64,000 nt of DNA, taken from the NCBI RefSeq assembly GCF_009914755.1, contig NC_060934.1; one strand, 5' to 3'. This DNA is from the human T2T-CHM13v2.0 reference genome, Homo sapiens. This document shows positions 1 through 16,744 of the stretch, in pieces. The stretch's first letter is position 1. Each line of letters opens with the position of its first letter. The notes under the pieces are model-generated. The model was given only the letters and a program-made list of their open reading frames with translations, ran no database searches and was not told the DNA's origin. A program made the position numbers and the translations under genes.

Positions 1-262
1 CCAGGCTGGAGTGCAGTGGTGCTGTCTCGGCTCACTGCAACCTCCGCCTCCTGGGTTCACGAAATTCTCCTGTCTCAGCCTCCTGAGTAGCTGGGATTAC
101 ATGCACCAGCCGCCACGCACGGCTAATTTTTTATACTTTTAGGAGATACGGGATTTCACCATGTTGGCGAGGTTGGTCTTGAACTCCTGACCTCAGGTGA
201 TCCGCCCACCTCAGCTGCCCAAAGTGCTGGAATTACTGGCGTGAGCCACCATGCACAGCTGG
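1..262 (-). mobile_element. Alu (AluS), cut by the window edge
   Basis: Reverse-complement Alu consensus. Confidence 0.9.
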
Positions 263-1777
263 AAATCGAATGTTTCAAAGTGTCATTTTACATCAAGCAT
301 AATAGATATAGCTGGTGGCCTTTTCAAGAAATATGGGCTCATCATGTGGGGAAAAAAGCTCCATAAGAAAACCCCACAATTTAAAAAACAGACAAAAAGT
401 AAAGGTAAGTGTAATTTAAGAAAAGGAAAAGCAAATTCATACTAAATAAATGCTCAACTGCACTAGCTTCAGGGAAAATTAGTAATTTTAAAGTTTGATG
501 TAGCCATTGCAGATAATGACATATTATCATACAGTGCTTCATCATTTCAAATTGACAACGTCTAAAAGGATAATTGTGTAAATCTTTCAAATTTACCTGT
601 GTCTACACCAGATTATAAAGATAACAAGATGTGTCTCCTCTCCCAATAACAAGCATAATGGCACAAATGAAACAGAACAGTATGTGATATCCTGAACACA
701 TCACCAAGACCAAACACTCGGCATTTACTCACGAACTGTGATTTGGAATGCAAGGGCTTTCAAAGTATACAGCCTAACTAAAAGATGTCACCCTTGCTAA
801 TGAGAGTGGAACATGGAAGCCTCTGGGAAGAGAGTCAAGGGGAGCCTAACCTGGATTGCTCATTGCCCACCTCAAATTATTGACTATGTACATAAACTCC
901 ATCAACTTTTATAAAATAATCCTGAACGGCAAATGATTGGGCATAAATAATCCTATCCCCAATTCTCAAACTGTGCTTTGGGTCTGCAACAAACCCTGGG
1001 GTTTAGCCTCCACCTTAGAAAGTAATGGTCTCCGCCTCCCCAGGGCCTTATCTAAATCCCCTGCATATGGCCACTGCAACATGCTGATCTGGCAGAGCAA
1101 GGTCACAGCAGATTCTTCCTCTCCTGTCCACGGAGGGAATTCTGTGCTAACAGTTCAGAAGCTCCTCCTTGGAGAGTCAGGGCAAGTTTGTATTGTGTCT
1201 CTTGGGATAATGGGTCTGGGACAGCTCAATTACAGGTGGGGGCTTCTTATGCAATTCCATTCCCAACACTGGGTCAGGCTAGGCACCGCCTGTCCTTTTG
1301 TCTTTGACCATACCCTGGTCTTGCTCCTCACTCATGAAAAGTATCTGAAGGCCTCCCTCGAGTTCTGTTCCTAGCCTTAGGTCCAGCCATCGTTCCGGGT
1401 AGGGGAGATGAAGCCATAATCCACTAACCATTTTCTCCTGGACTCCTACCTCCAATGATTTCACCATTCCCTGCAGGAAACCCCACCTAATCACATCCTA
1501 CTCCCTCCACCACAACTGCTATCCCCCTCCTTTGTAGAGACCTTGGCTTCCTTATCCACACAGCCTCTTTCTCTCCTCATTCTTCATAATCCAGCTTAGA
1601 GCAAGTATCATTTTACATTCCTTCCTCACAATACATGGAATTCATTCAATGAACTTCTTAACTGTACGCGCCCAGTAAAACCAGAGCTCTGGAAGATTCC
1701 AAACAAATATCTGACTACTCCATGGATGTACTGAGTGGCTCAGCTGCACACAGCCAGGCGAAACGGTGCCTCTAAGC

Positions 1778-1996
1778 TACAATTTCTCAGCCTCAGGACT
1801 ACTGACATTTTGGACCAGACAGTTCTTTGTGTTGTGGAGGCAGGCCCAGGCACTGTAGGATGTTTAGCTGCATCCCTGGTCTCTGCCCACTAGATGCCAG
1901 TAGCACCCTCCACCTCCAGTTCTGACAACCGAATGTCTCCAGACATTCCCAAATGTTCTCTGGTGGCTAATGCTGCCCCCAAGTTGTGAAATACTG
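1778..1996 (-). mobile_element. MER20 (hAT-Charlie DNA transposon relic)
   Basis: Matches the recalled MER20 consensus in reverse (CATCCCTGGTCTCTGCCCACTAGATGCCAGTAGCAC; AATGTCTCCAGACATT). Confidence 0.85.
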
Positions 1997-2011
1997 TAGA
2001 AATCAGGGTGA

Positions 2012-2478
<467 letters not shown>

Positions 2479-2950
2479 AAAATCAGAGTGAACAGCCATA
2501 GAGTAAGCGGGCCCTCAATATCGCCCACTGTCCTACCCCAGCACCCTGCTTGTCCAAAGCCCTTCAGATGTCTGGGGCAGCCTTACAGACTCTCACCTCC
2601 TCTCCAGCTGGTTGACATTACTCTTGGAAGTGGACTTTGTGAAGTCAAGTCAGAGTCCAGGAGTTTGTAAGCACGTAGTGGGCCCCTTACAGCGGACATC
2701 GTGAACAACAGCTCTGCTCTGGGTCCAACCTCACATACCCCGGAGCCATGCTTTCTTCTTTTTTTCCTTTTCCCCTTTCTCCACTGAGCCCTGTCTACTT
2801 GGTAATTAAACATGCTCAGTTCTACCCAATCATGTCATACCTCCCCTGTGCCAACTTTGCCTCTAGCTACTTGTTGATTTGTTCAGCAAAATCTTGTCAA
2901 AAGGCCTCTACTGTCACTTCCACTCCCCTCCATTAAAACTGCATGATCAA

Positions 2951-3546
<596 letters not shown>

Positions 3547-4286
3547 TGCATGATCCTACTATACAGATCTCCATGGCAAGAAAAAGAGCAAATGTTTTTA
3601 TCTTCATCTTACTTAACCATTCTTTCCTGGAAATCCTCTCCCTTTCACTCCTGTTGGCAATTACTGTTGGTTTTCCAGTTAATTCCTTAGACAGTCTCTG
3701 AGTCCTTCCTTAACCATTAACTGTAGGGAATCAGGCTTGGGCCCAAGTCCTCTTCTCAGTGGACTCACCTGCTCCCAGGGTCTCCATAATCATCTCCAGG
3801 GTCAGGAGATACACAAACCCCCAGTCTTCGGCTCCCTGAAGCCTAGACGGGTAGACACAACTCCACTCCACAGGTTCTCCTCTGTGCCACAACTAAACCT
3901 CACATTCTCTCTTCTGTCACACTCCAATAGCAACATGACTGCCCCTACCTGCACCCAGAGGCTCTAGAAGGAAACTGGAGTAATCCTTGACCTTCTCCCA
4001 AGCCCTCAAATCCAATCAACTCAACTCCCTTGGGTGATCCCATTCTCCACAGTATCCTCATCCCTAAATCCTATTCAACTCTTCCATTTCCTCAGCAATA
4101 AAGGTGCCTCACAGCTCTACCCTGTTCCTAACACGTTGAATGGCAGCCTATGAACTCAGTAATTCTTTTCTTTGTAATGGGAGTTATCAAATTGTCATTT
4201 TCTTTCTGTACCTCATATTGTTATTTCTCCTATTCTAATTCCTGTATGTACAAACAGCCAATTCCAGATTACCGATATATCTTTTA

Positions 4287-4599
<313 letters not shown>

Positions 4600-5618
4600 G
4601 TTTTCCAAGCACAGTGGCTAGGCCTTACTGCAATCCCATCTACGGCTCACGTGTACTTTTAAAACTCATTACTGTCCTGCATCCAAGTCCTCAGTGGTTT
4701 CCCACTGACCTCAGAACAAGGACCACAGGCCCAATGGGGTCCCTCAGGCCTTGCAACTTTTGCCTGCAACACTCTTCTACCTAAGCTCACATCACTTCCT
4801 TTTTTCTCCTGGAATGTGGCAAGCTCTCTGCCCCTTCAGGGATGTGACGCACATAGTTGACACTCATGGTTAATTCTCTCCCCAAATATACTCTGTTCAA
4901 CCTTCTGTCTACCTAAATCCCACTAATCCTTAAGGTCTAAGCTCAAATACACCACCTTTCTCAAAGGTCTTCTCATTATCCAAATTAAGTCTCATGCTCT
5001 ACACTAACCACAGCACTCTTGTGTTGTTAAAGGGGTCTTAAACCCACAATAGGAGCCTACTGGGGAGAAACTTGTGCCTGTTTTGTTGGCCACCATGACC
5101 CCATCCTCAGCACAGACTTGACCCAGCTGGTCCAAGATTAGCCAGGATTAACTGTTGCCCATGTGTAGGGGGGTCAACACCTTCCTCAAGAAGGCAGTGG
5201 CCTGGCTAGGCTGAAAAAGACATACAAGCAGCATAAAAAATAAAAACATTTCATAGAAGAATTACTTAAAATGCCTAATCTTTTACATGTCATAAGTGTT
5301 TTGCATCAGGAAATGTTTCAGAAGCAAAATTACTTCCTCTCTGAAGGCAAGGCGAAGAGACCATTCCTTTCCAAAACACATGTGTACACTTAAAACACTT
5401 ACTGCTTATTTTTACTCCAGAATTGGTTTTCTGTTCCATTTCTCAGAAGTCCTAAGGCTTTTCATTAACTAAAACTCAAGCTGAAAAGAGCCCTGTGGTG
5501 TCCTGCTCAAGGTTAATGTTAGGGACAAAACTTTTTTCACTCCAGGCTGCTAAACAAATTTGAGTATAACAAATATAAATACTGCAGCTGAAAAGGGGCT
5601 CTTCTTAAAATAGCTTAC

Positions 5619-5677
5619 CTTAAAAACAACCACGGATGCCTTCAGTGGGAGACACTTCTGGATGGTAATGAAATGTC
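5619..5677 (-). other. HNRNPF: HNRNPF 5'UTR exon 3 (59 nt)
   Basis: Minus-strand acceptor tttttttttag|GACATT and donor TTAAG|gtaagc; matches recalled mRNA. Confidence 0.88.
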
Positions 5678-5920
5678 CTAAAAAAAAAACAGAGCGATAT
5701 TGGCTGTGTGGTCTCAGATCCTAGGCACTGGCTCTGGGATCAGAACTCCAGGTAAGGACAGAAACAGCTGGGAAGCCCTTTATATAGCCCGTGGGTTTAA
5801 ATTAAATCTCACACCCCATCCACCTAACAGCATTTTGGAAGTATTATCTTTTCACAGGGCAATACAGAGCACAACAAAAGGGAAACGCCTTATTGATCTT
5901 GATGAGATTTACTCTTGATG

Positions 5921-6062
5921 AGATTCTCCTGCCTCAGTACCTGGTATTACAGGCGTGCACCACCCCACCCAGCGAATTTTTGTATTTTTAGTAGAAATGG
6001 GATTTCAATATGTTGGCCAGGCTGGTCCCAAACTCCTGACCTCAGGTGATCCGCCCGCCTCT
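5921..6062 (-). mobile_element. Internal Alu fragment
   Basis: Alu mid-section lacking head and tail. Confidence 0.8.
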
Positions 6063-7444
6063 GCCCAATTCTAAGTTTGTACACTGAGGACCCTAAGTGC
6101 TGGGAGGAAATTTAAGTATCGGGGGCAGGGCACTTGGGAGGGAGATGGGTGGGGGAGAAGTGACAACCACAGGGGACTTGACCTTAAGACCCCTCTTTCA
6201 CTGGGATAGCATGGGCAAGGAGCAAGGGTGCTTGCTAGAAATTGTTCAGTCTGATTTATAGGAACCCCTCTGTAAGCAGTGTGGAGACACATCCAAAAGA
6301 CACTTTCAGTTTTATTGGGTAACTTCTTTGAAATATGCTTCACTAGAACATACATCATAATCACTAGATCACCAACATCCCAGTAAAAACGCTGCCCCAA
6401 AGGACTAGGACACGGGCTGAGGGCTATGGAATTCTGAGAACTAAGCTGCTTGAGTTTTGGAAATGTGGAATTAGTAAAACCAGCTAATTATGCTGAACCT
6501 GTTGTCTTAACATGAAGATAATCAAATCTGCCTTGTCTTGCAAACTTCCAGTGATTATTACTTAAGACACTATTGGGGGGGTGTACAAATGGAAAGCATT
6601 ACATTTATTAGGAAACCTATTCAGGGGTGAAACAGTTTCAAGTACTCTGGAATCAGGTTTTCAAAAGGCTTCAACAATCCGACTTGTTCAAGGATCTAAA
6701 GGGTGGAACCCAGTCATCTTAATGATCTGATCCACTTATGCCCTTGTTTATCCCTGCGTGATCCACAGACCAACACCCTGAGGCGTCTCTGGGGACATGC
6801 ACAAGCTGGCAACCAGACCCACGTACACCCATTTACCCCAATGGACCAGCCGCTGTAAGCCTGTAGACCACGGCCACTGCGCACCGCCAACGCACGCAGA
6901 GGAAGAGTCTGGTCTCCCCGTCCGCAGCGCCAAGAAAGCGCTGGGGGCGGGGAGGGCTGCTCAGCTCCCCCAGGTGACTGGACCCGGAGGTTTTCAGATC
7001 GAGCTTGCACGGGGGCCACCTAGATAATTAAAACACCAACCCTAAAACAGATCTGGGTGGGGGCTAAGAATCTGCATTTCCAAAAAGCGCTCCCGAACGA
7101 GCTCTTCGCAGTGATACAGGTTGGACGGGATTAACGCTTGCCTTCAGGCAGAGCCAATCAAGATAAATAGGGCGCGCCGGAGTCCTACCAGTTCGGCTAT
7201 CTGCAGAGTAAACAGGGCCGTTCAAGCACCACCCACCTCGTTTTCTTTTGTTCAGGACAGGACTCGAGGAAGGATCCTGGCCTCCCCTCCTAGACACACT
7301 CCCGTGCCCCCGGGAAACCGGGCAGCACTCTCGCCAGGAGGCTGGGAGCGCGTCTGGCCGCGCCGCCCCCATTACTCACTTAGTTCCACTCTCAAACCAA
7401 AGTCCACCCGGCCGGGCCCGCGGACTTTCATGCTCTAGACTTAC

Positions 7445-7579
7445 CACGGAGGCGAGCAGGACTGGTTTCTGTTGCTACCAGGCAAGCGCGGCTGGCAGCC
7501 AAGAGCCCCGAAATTCCACCGAAGCTCAACCACGCAGAGGGCTCCGGGGAAACTCCAGGTGCATGTTTTTGTTCTCAAC
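7445..7579 (-). other. HNRNPF: HNRNPF 5'UTR exon 2 (135 nt)
   Basis: Acceptor ttctgttgcag|GTTGAG and donor CCGTG|gtaagt; a second consensus donor CTAA|gtgagt lies at 7380. Confidence 0.88.
7526..7564 (-). CDS. Upstream ORF (MHLEFPRSPLRG*) within HNRNPF exon 2
   Basis: AAAAACATGC context (A at -3), ATG at 7564-7562, TGA at 7528-7526, entirely inside the exon; translation not shown. Confidence 0.45.
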   Translation of the reverse strand: MHLEFPRSPLRG

Positions 7580-8173
7580 CTGCAACAGAAATCCAAGTGG
7601 TGGTGGGGTCCCTTCCGCAAGGTGGGAGGCCCGGGCGCGCGGTAAACGTGTTTTGGCGGGAAGCAGCGCCGAGGCCCCGAGACAAGGTGACGGCGACGTT
7701 CCCGCGGCCTGCTCACGGCACTCCAGCAGCCTCGGACCGCCCGGCCCGGCAGGAAGGTCGGCCCCAGGGCCTGCGCGGGCTCGGGCGGGAGCTTCCGGGC
7801 GGGGGGCGGAGCGAGCGGCGCAGCGGGGAGAGTGGGGGCAGGGACGGGAGGGTTCCCGGAGGGAAGGGCGCCTCGCGGGAGGGGGAGGGGAGGGGAGGGG
7901 AGGGGAGGGGGCCCCTGGCGGGCTTCCGGGGCCCTGAGGGCGAGAGCGAGGGCGACGGCAAGGTGGGGTGGGGGCTGCTCCCCGGCCCGCCAAGCTAGCG
8001 CTGCCTAGGCGGGAGCTCGGGGACCCGCGGGCCGAGCGCGGCTGAAGGGAGGGAAGGGAAGAGGCGCTCGTAGGTCTGCGTCCGTCTCCGAGCGACCGGG
8101 GCGGCGGAAAGGGACCTGGGGGGGGCGGCCGGGACTGGAGTGGCGGGGCCGGGGCGCCCGCGCGGCGGCTCAC

Positions 8174-8310
8174 CACGCCAGGGACTGGCCCGTCGGCCCC
8201 GAGGAGGCGCGGGGTCCGGAGTCCGGGAAGCGGAGGCCTCGTGATCCAAGACCGGCAGCCGGACGTGGGTCACGGGGTGCAGAGGAGGAAGTGCCATTGC
8301 CGGGCCCGCC
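8174..8310 (-). other. HNRNPF: HNRNPF proximal alternative first exon (TSS approximate)
   Basis: Consensus donor GGCGTG|gtgagc at 8174/8173 inside a CpG island; ETS (GGAAGT) and YY1-like (GCCATT, CAAGATG) motifs at ~8287-8320. Confidence 0.6.
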
Positions 8311-9004
8311 AAGATGTCACCAATGGGAAACGCGTGCCTGCAGGTGCGGCCCCGTGGCCCGCGCGCTGGGCCCAGGCAGGAAGTGGGGGAAGGAGAGAGT
8401 CAGGGCGGCGGGAAGACATTTCTCCGAGTTCTCCCGAAGGGAGCCAGGCGCGAGCGCGACCTGGGGAAAGTCCAGAGTGCCAGCCACGGGGAAGGGCGGG
8501 CAGTGCAGAGTGGAAGAGAAGCCAGCAAGTTAGACACAGCCCCTCTCTGGGAGGCCGCCTCTAAAATGGAACTAGCGGACGTACCTTGGTTTGTACATTT
8601 GACCATGGACACACGTAAAGATTTTGAAAAAAAATCTTTGAAAAAAAATTTTTTTAACGCAATTCCTAAACTTTTAACTAACGCAATTTTGTGGACCTCT
8701 GAATCTTAATTCAAATGAACTGGAGAACAACTATAAAGCAATTTCGATAATATGATCAGTGACATTTTATATTGCAGAATTGTAAATTTTGTTGTCATTA
8801 TACTGTAATTTTATTTCTTTAAAAGACCCTTTTTAGAGCCACAAATATTTGCAGATGATACCTGATTTCTTGAATGTTTCAGATTACGTGGAAAGTGGAA
8901 ATATACATGAAACAAGATGTGCTATGAACTAGTAATTTTTATTAAAGCTCCTGATGTATACATAGAGTTTCATTACACTTGTTTCTACTTTTGTGTATGT
9001 TTGA

Positions 9005-10372
<1,368 letters not shown>

Positions 10373-11052
10373 CAAGGCAAGTTTTAATTATTGATCAGTC
10401 ACCATAGGGTTCCTGCCTGTGAGGGAACAATGTGTGCAGAAGACTTGAGCCAGGGGTTGTATTGTGCAACTGCAGCTAGGTCTGAGATCAATGGTAGGAG
10501 ATGACATAGCCTTAAAGGCCTGGTTTGGTGTTCAAAGGCCAGTGGGAAGGCATTTAATGGAATGTGGTGTGAAAGGAGTTTTGCTTTTTAACACAACAGT
10601 CTAGATGCTATCTGGAAAATGAATGGTGGGAAGAGATACATGGAGACAAGATGGGAAGGAATGAAACAAGTCTAGGAAGACTGGTGGGAGAAGAATGTGA
10701 AAGAATGTGTAATGTAGAGAAAAATGACTGAGTCTGGAGACTGACTGACTCACCAAGAAATACTACGCACCTAAAAGATACAGGAACTGTAGTGGTAAAG
10801 AGACACAGTTCCTGCCTTGGTGGGTCCAGTAACAGTGGAGTAGGAAATCAAGAAATGTACAAATATATGATGACAAATTTTAGAATGAACGAAAAACAGA
10901 AAATAGGCATTAGCTCAGATTGGGGTTCTGAGGAAGTGACATTTAAACAGACAGGAGCATGGGTGAGTGGGAACACTGAGTGATGAATTTCATGTAGAAA
11001 GAAGGGAAATTCTTTTTTCCTTGATAAATAGCTGAGGTTTAAAGTAGAAGCT

Positions 11053-11185
11053 GGCCAGGAGCAGTGGCTCAAGCCTGTAACTCCAGCACTTTGGGAGGCC
11101 GAGGTGGGAGGATCACTTGAGCCCAAGAGAGTTCGAGACCAGCCTGCGCAGTATAGTGAGACTCCCATCTCTATATAGGAAAAAG
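11053..11185 (+). mobile_element. FLAM / Alu left monomer
   Basis: Single monomer with A-rich tail. Confidence 0.8.
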
Positions 11186-11804
11186 ATAAAAACTGAGGGA
11201 AAAAAAAGAAGTTAAAAGCCCATTATTCTTTTTTCCTTCTGTACATTATCTCCCCTCTGGACACTTGTTCAAATTATTTATATTTTTTACCAAAGCCCTT
11301 TACTGGGATACATTTTGGTGCTGGATGCTTTGTATTCATATTCTTATTTCGTGGTGAATCCTTTAGATTGAAGAAATTTTAGGACACAGCTTCTGCTGCT
11401 CGTGTCTGTTCACCACATGAGAAGCACAAGATGCATCTTGGGGGCAAAAATTCCCCATCATGGTATATAGTATGTGAGCAGATCATAGACCATATTTGTT
11501 ATGGATGTTTTCCTTTTCTGTTGGAAATATTGAAAATTGGGTTTAATGGCCTCAAAAGTATCTTCCAACCCAGCAATTTTATAAAATTCCTATTCAGTCA
11601 CTCTTAAGTACTTCCTGCTGTCATGAACTCAAGAATTATGATACAAGACACTAATTCCATTTAAAAAAATGCACCAACGCACACATTTGTACTTAACTTT
11701 TCAGGGGCACATGTATCTGAAGTGTGAGAATTCTAACCCAATTCACACAACGTGCCAAATTCAATACACAGAGCTATCCTAAAAGCTATTAAGGACTGAG
11801 AAGT

Positions 11805-12082
11805 GGCCAGGCACAGTGGCTCATGCCTGTAATCCCAGCACTTTGGGAGGCCGAGGCGGGTGGATCACGAGGTCAGGAGGGCTAATACGGTGAAACCTCG
11901 TCTCTACTAAAAATACAAAAATTAGCCAAACGTGGTGGCAGGCACCTGTAGTCCCAGCTACTCAGGAGGCTGAGGCAGGAGAATGGTGTGAACCCGGGAG
12001 GCGGAACTTGCAGGGAGCCCAGATCGCACCACTGCACTCCAGCCTGGGCGATAGAGCGAGACTCCGTCTCAAAAAAAAAAAA
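11805..12082 (+). mobile_element. Alu (AluY/Sc-like) with small internal deletion
   Basis: Full Alu; TSD GACTGAGAAG on both sides. Confidence 0.9.
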
Positions 12083-13884
12083 GACTGAGAAGCTGCAGAT
12101 GGAGCATATATTAACATTTTAAATGTTTACTCCATTATTACTACATTTATATCCACCAAAGGGGATCTGTCCTGATCTGCATGCAACAGGAAAGCTGTTT
12201 TCCATTACCATCTATCAGGTCCTTTCACTTACTTGCTGTAGCTAAGTCTGGGGGGATAACACACTGCTTCCCTCAGCGTTCATTTCTCAAAAGCTGTGTT
12301 ACTAAAAAGCATCAAGAGTAGTATAATGTAATGTTAGATAAATTTTATCTATACTGTTTGTACTGAAATTAATATAAGGGACAAATTCTGACCGATCATA
12401 AAACAAGCAACCATTGCTGTTTGATATTGACTGCATTTTGCAAATGCCCAAGAATCATGATATCTAAGGTAAATGTTCCTTAAAACGTTAATAAAAAGCA
12501 AAACTGCTACTAGACTTCTGTTCCTAAAAATAAAATCTGTTCTTAACTGAGGGCAAATATCATTATTTGGATTAGCTGGAGTAACTGGAAATAATATCCA
12601 AAGAAATGGGTGTGTATAGATTCCGCTAAACAAAAATACAATTGATAGGAAGATCAATTTTGTTTTTCCCAGACCACCTCCTGTACCTCTCTCCCTTGAG
12701 CAAGCAGCCCCTAAATAGGTGCATAGTCAAACCCTGGAGCTGGAGAGAAAGGAGGCCTGTGGGGTATCCTCAGCCCCCTGAGGAAGGTACATTCCTTGGG
12801 ATGGGAATTCTTCCTGAAGCCTCCATGGAAACATGACACCTTAGTCAGGTTCCAAGCAGCAGGCCCTGAGCTGAGACTGCTGGCCCTGAGCTGTGCTGCC
12901 CAGGGGACCACTGCATTCTGCCTTGGGGGAATTGTGCAGAACAGAGAGATGGAAGGAGGAAAGGAACATGACAATTTACAGAAGAGGGGCTCCGGCACCC
13001 AGAAATAACATACCACACCTCAGGTTTCAGGGAACAAGAAGTGCTAGACAAAAACCATAATGATTTTAACAGGAAAAAAAGAGCAACTTCAGATACCACT
13101 CCATTACAAAACTTAAAAAAAAAAACTTTCTGGAACTAAAACTGAGTTTTAAATTTAAAAGTTAGTAATGAATTCAAAGAAAGGAAAACGAAGTAGAATA
13201 AACATCAAAACAGAAACAATGGGGGAGAAGATAAGAGATTTGGAGGACATACTTTTTCCAAAGCAGTTTCCTCTATACTTTAGGAGTTTTACCAACACAC
13301 GCCTGTGCTGTGTCTTTTCAAAATATCCTAATGGGAACTACAGGGATCTTAAGCCAGGAAAATTCACTTCTAATCCTTTATCGCTTCTCTTGCTGCCTCC
13401 ATCTGTGTCTTTTTCTCCTTCTGGAATTCCTACTATTCACATTATTTCTCCTGCCTGAAAAGAAACCAACCCTATCAACACCCTCATCTTAAGACTTCTA
13501 GCCTCCATAACCGTGAGAAAATTTGTTACTAGTCTGTATTACTTTGCATGGCAGCCCTAGCATACTAATACAACGTGTTACCAAACCAGACAAAAACATC
13601 ACAAGAAAACTAACTTCTGAATTCTATGTACTTTAAGAGGATCGTATATGGTATCTAACACCAACTTAAATTAGAAAAGATATGTATTTGTCATAAACAT
13701 CATAATTCTATTAGATGGCACTATTCTAATCAAATAACTTATGATGGATTTATCGGGATATAACAGTAAGTAAGAGTATCTGTATTTGTATTAGGTGAAG
13801 CATTTTGTCTAACAGGAGGCATACCGTTAGGATAAATCTAATAGGAGTCTTAATCTGTCATGCCTTTTCTTAATTATGATGGCT

Positions 13885-14300
13885 TTTTTTTTTTAAACGG
13901 GGTCTTGCTTTCTTGCTCAGGGTGGTATGCAGTACTGCAATCACAACTCACTGCATCCTCTATGTCTTTACAAGTGTTCGCTATCATACCTGGCTAATTA
14001 AAAATTCTGTTTTTGAAAAGATAGGGTCTTGCCATCTTGCCCAGGCTTATCTTGAACTCCTGAGCTCAAACCATCATTCCACTCTCGGTTCACTGCAACC
14101 TCCACCTCCTGAGTTCAAGCAATTCTCCTGCCTCAGCCTGGGATTACAGATGCACACCACCACACCTGGCAAATTTTTGTATTTTTAGTAGAGATGGGGT
14201 TTCGCCACATTGGCCAGGCTGGTCTTGGACTCCTGGCCTCAAGCAATCCGCCTGCCTTGGCCCTGCTGGGATTAAAGGTGTGAACCACCCCGCCCAGCCT
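13885..14300 (-). mobile_element. Degenerate Alu fragments
   Basis: Reverse Alu motifs. Confidence 0.75.
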
Positions 14301-14705
14301 GTGTCATTTTCAAGAGATCTTTTTCCTAGCCCCAGCCCATATAGTTATCTGAACTTACAAAGCGTTGATGTTCTTCTCTAAATTTTTACACTTACATCTA
14401 CAATGAACTTGGAATTGATTTTTTCATTTCCAAAAGAGTTTTACAATTAATCAAGTATCACAGGCTAATTTCACTCAAGAACTCAGATGCAAAAGTCCAA
14501 ACCAAGTATCAGTCAACCTAATCCAGCAATATATAAAGCGATATTATGACCAAGTTGGATTTCAGGAATGCAAGTGTAGTTGATCATTTCAAACTCAATC
14601 ACTGCAATTTCTCATACTGATGTATCAATGGAGACAAAGTATAGAGGTACTTTTTTAATGTTTTATGAGAAATGCTAAGCTGAATTTATGTCAAGGAAGA
14701 ACTGA

Positions 14706-15840
14706 GGCCATATATAGTGGCTCACACCTGTAATCCCAGCACTTTGGGAGGCCGAGGTGGGCAGATCACTTGAGCTCAGGAGACCACCCTGGGCGACATG
14801 GCAAAACCCCTTCTCTACAAAAAATACAAAAAAAAATAGCTGGGCATGTGGCACACACCTGTAATCCCAGCTACTTGGGGGGATGAGGCAGGATTGCCTG
14901 AGCCCAGGAGGTTGAGGCTGCAGTGAGCTCTGTCCACACCAGGGCACTCCAGTGTGGGCATCAAAGTGAAACCCTTTCTCGAAAAAAAAAAATGTGGAGG
15001 GCTGGGCGTGGTGGGTGACTCACGCCTGTAATCCCAGCACTTTGGGAGGCCAAGGCAGGTGGATCACTTGAGGTCAGGAGTTTGAGACCAGCCTGGCCAA
15101 CATGGTGAAACCCCCCACCCCCTGCCACTCCACCATCTCTACTATTAGATGGGCGTGGTGGTGCTGCACACCTGTAATCCCAGCTGCTCACGAGCCTGAG
15201 AATCGCCTGAACCCAGGAGGCGGAGGCTGCAGTGAGCCTGGATCCTGCCACTGCACTCCAGCCTGGGTGACAGAGTGAGAATCCGTCTATAAAAAAAAAA
15301 AAAAAAGGAAAACAAAAACAAAAGTACATCTTAGAGCGATCACATGAAAAAGTATTCCTGCTAATAAATGAAAAGGAATCGATTATTAAAATATCACTAA
15401 TTTGAAAACCATTTAAGAAAATAATGGATCTACATAATGATCATTAATAGCTGCTGTAACATGACAAAAGAGAAGATACCAACCAATATGTGCCTCCGGT
15501 TGGAGCACAGCACCTCAAGTAAGTTTTCTTTCCAAAAACTCTCATCTGAATCAAAACTACCTCCAGACTGGGTGCGGTGGCTCACACCAGTAATCCCAGC
15601 ACTTTGGGAGGCTGAGGCGGGTGGATCACCTGAGGTCAGGAGGTTGAGACCAGCCTGACCAACAAGTTGATACTCCGTCTCTACTAAAAATACCCCTGTA
15701 ATCCCAGTTACTCAGGAGGCTGAGGCAAGAGAATTGCTTGAACCCAGGAGGCAGTGAGACAAGATCACACCATTGCACTCCAGCCTGGGCAACAAAACCA
15801 AAACTCCGTCTCAAAAACAAAAATAAAACCAAAACCAAAA
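14706..15840 (+). mobile_element. Plus-strand Alus (~14706-14991, 14999-15310, 15567-15840)
   Basis: Alu consensus with A-tails. Confidence 0.85.
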
Positions 15841-16365
15841 ACTACCTCTAGAGGTAACTATCACTTTACAGGAAATATAAAGAACAGACACTCAAAGACC
15901 ACCACGGAAAAACAATCAGAAAAATGCGAAGTGTGGGGAAGGAATGCTGCAAGACAGCCCGACAAATATAACGGGGGATGGAGCCTTTTAAGAAAGGGGA
16001 ACCTCTAGATGATCACTTACACAGCATCCATTCACCACGCTTGAAATGTGTAAGTGTAAAACTCACACTGGATTTTGACAAGTTCACAGGATTTTGTTTT
16101 TAATTATTTTAGTCAAGATCATGGAGAAATGAAAAAGTGTTTTAAAATTACATGCAAAATAGTAGTGGATATATATTAGGTTAAATTATTAATACAATGA
16201 ATCATGTTTCCTTTTACCACTAAAGAATATAAGATTACATTTATAGCATACATTATATTTCTATTGGACAGTGCTGCTCTGAATTTAAAAAGTTATCTAC
16301 AAAATATAAGGTGTGACTTTGGATCCTGACTCAAACCAACCAGCTGTTTAAAATATTTAATACAT

Positions 16366-16744
<379 letters not shown>

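Larger units (their letters stand above)
6870..8580. promoter_or_regulatory. CpG island, HNRNPF proximal promoter
   Basis: Very high GC and CpG content, GC boxes, CCAAT at ~7155 and ~8321, GGAAGT motifs. Confidence 0.85.

Noticed and set aside
937-1374. 145-aa ORF in non-Alu sequence
   Set aside because: Non-ATG start, antisense in an HNRNPF intron, no recognisable domain; likely old LINE remnant or chance
7064-8709. Long GC-rich ORFs (229 aa, 216 aa) on both strands
   Set aside because: CpG-island artefacts crossing the inferred splice sites, mostly non-ATG starts, no recognisable domain
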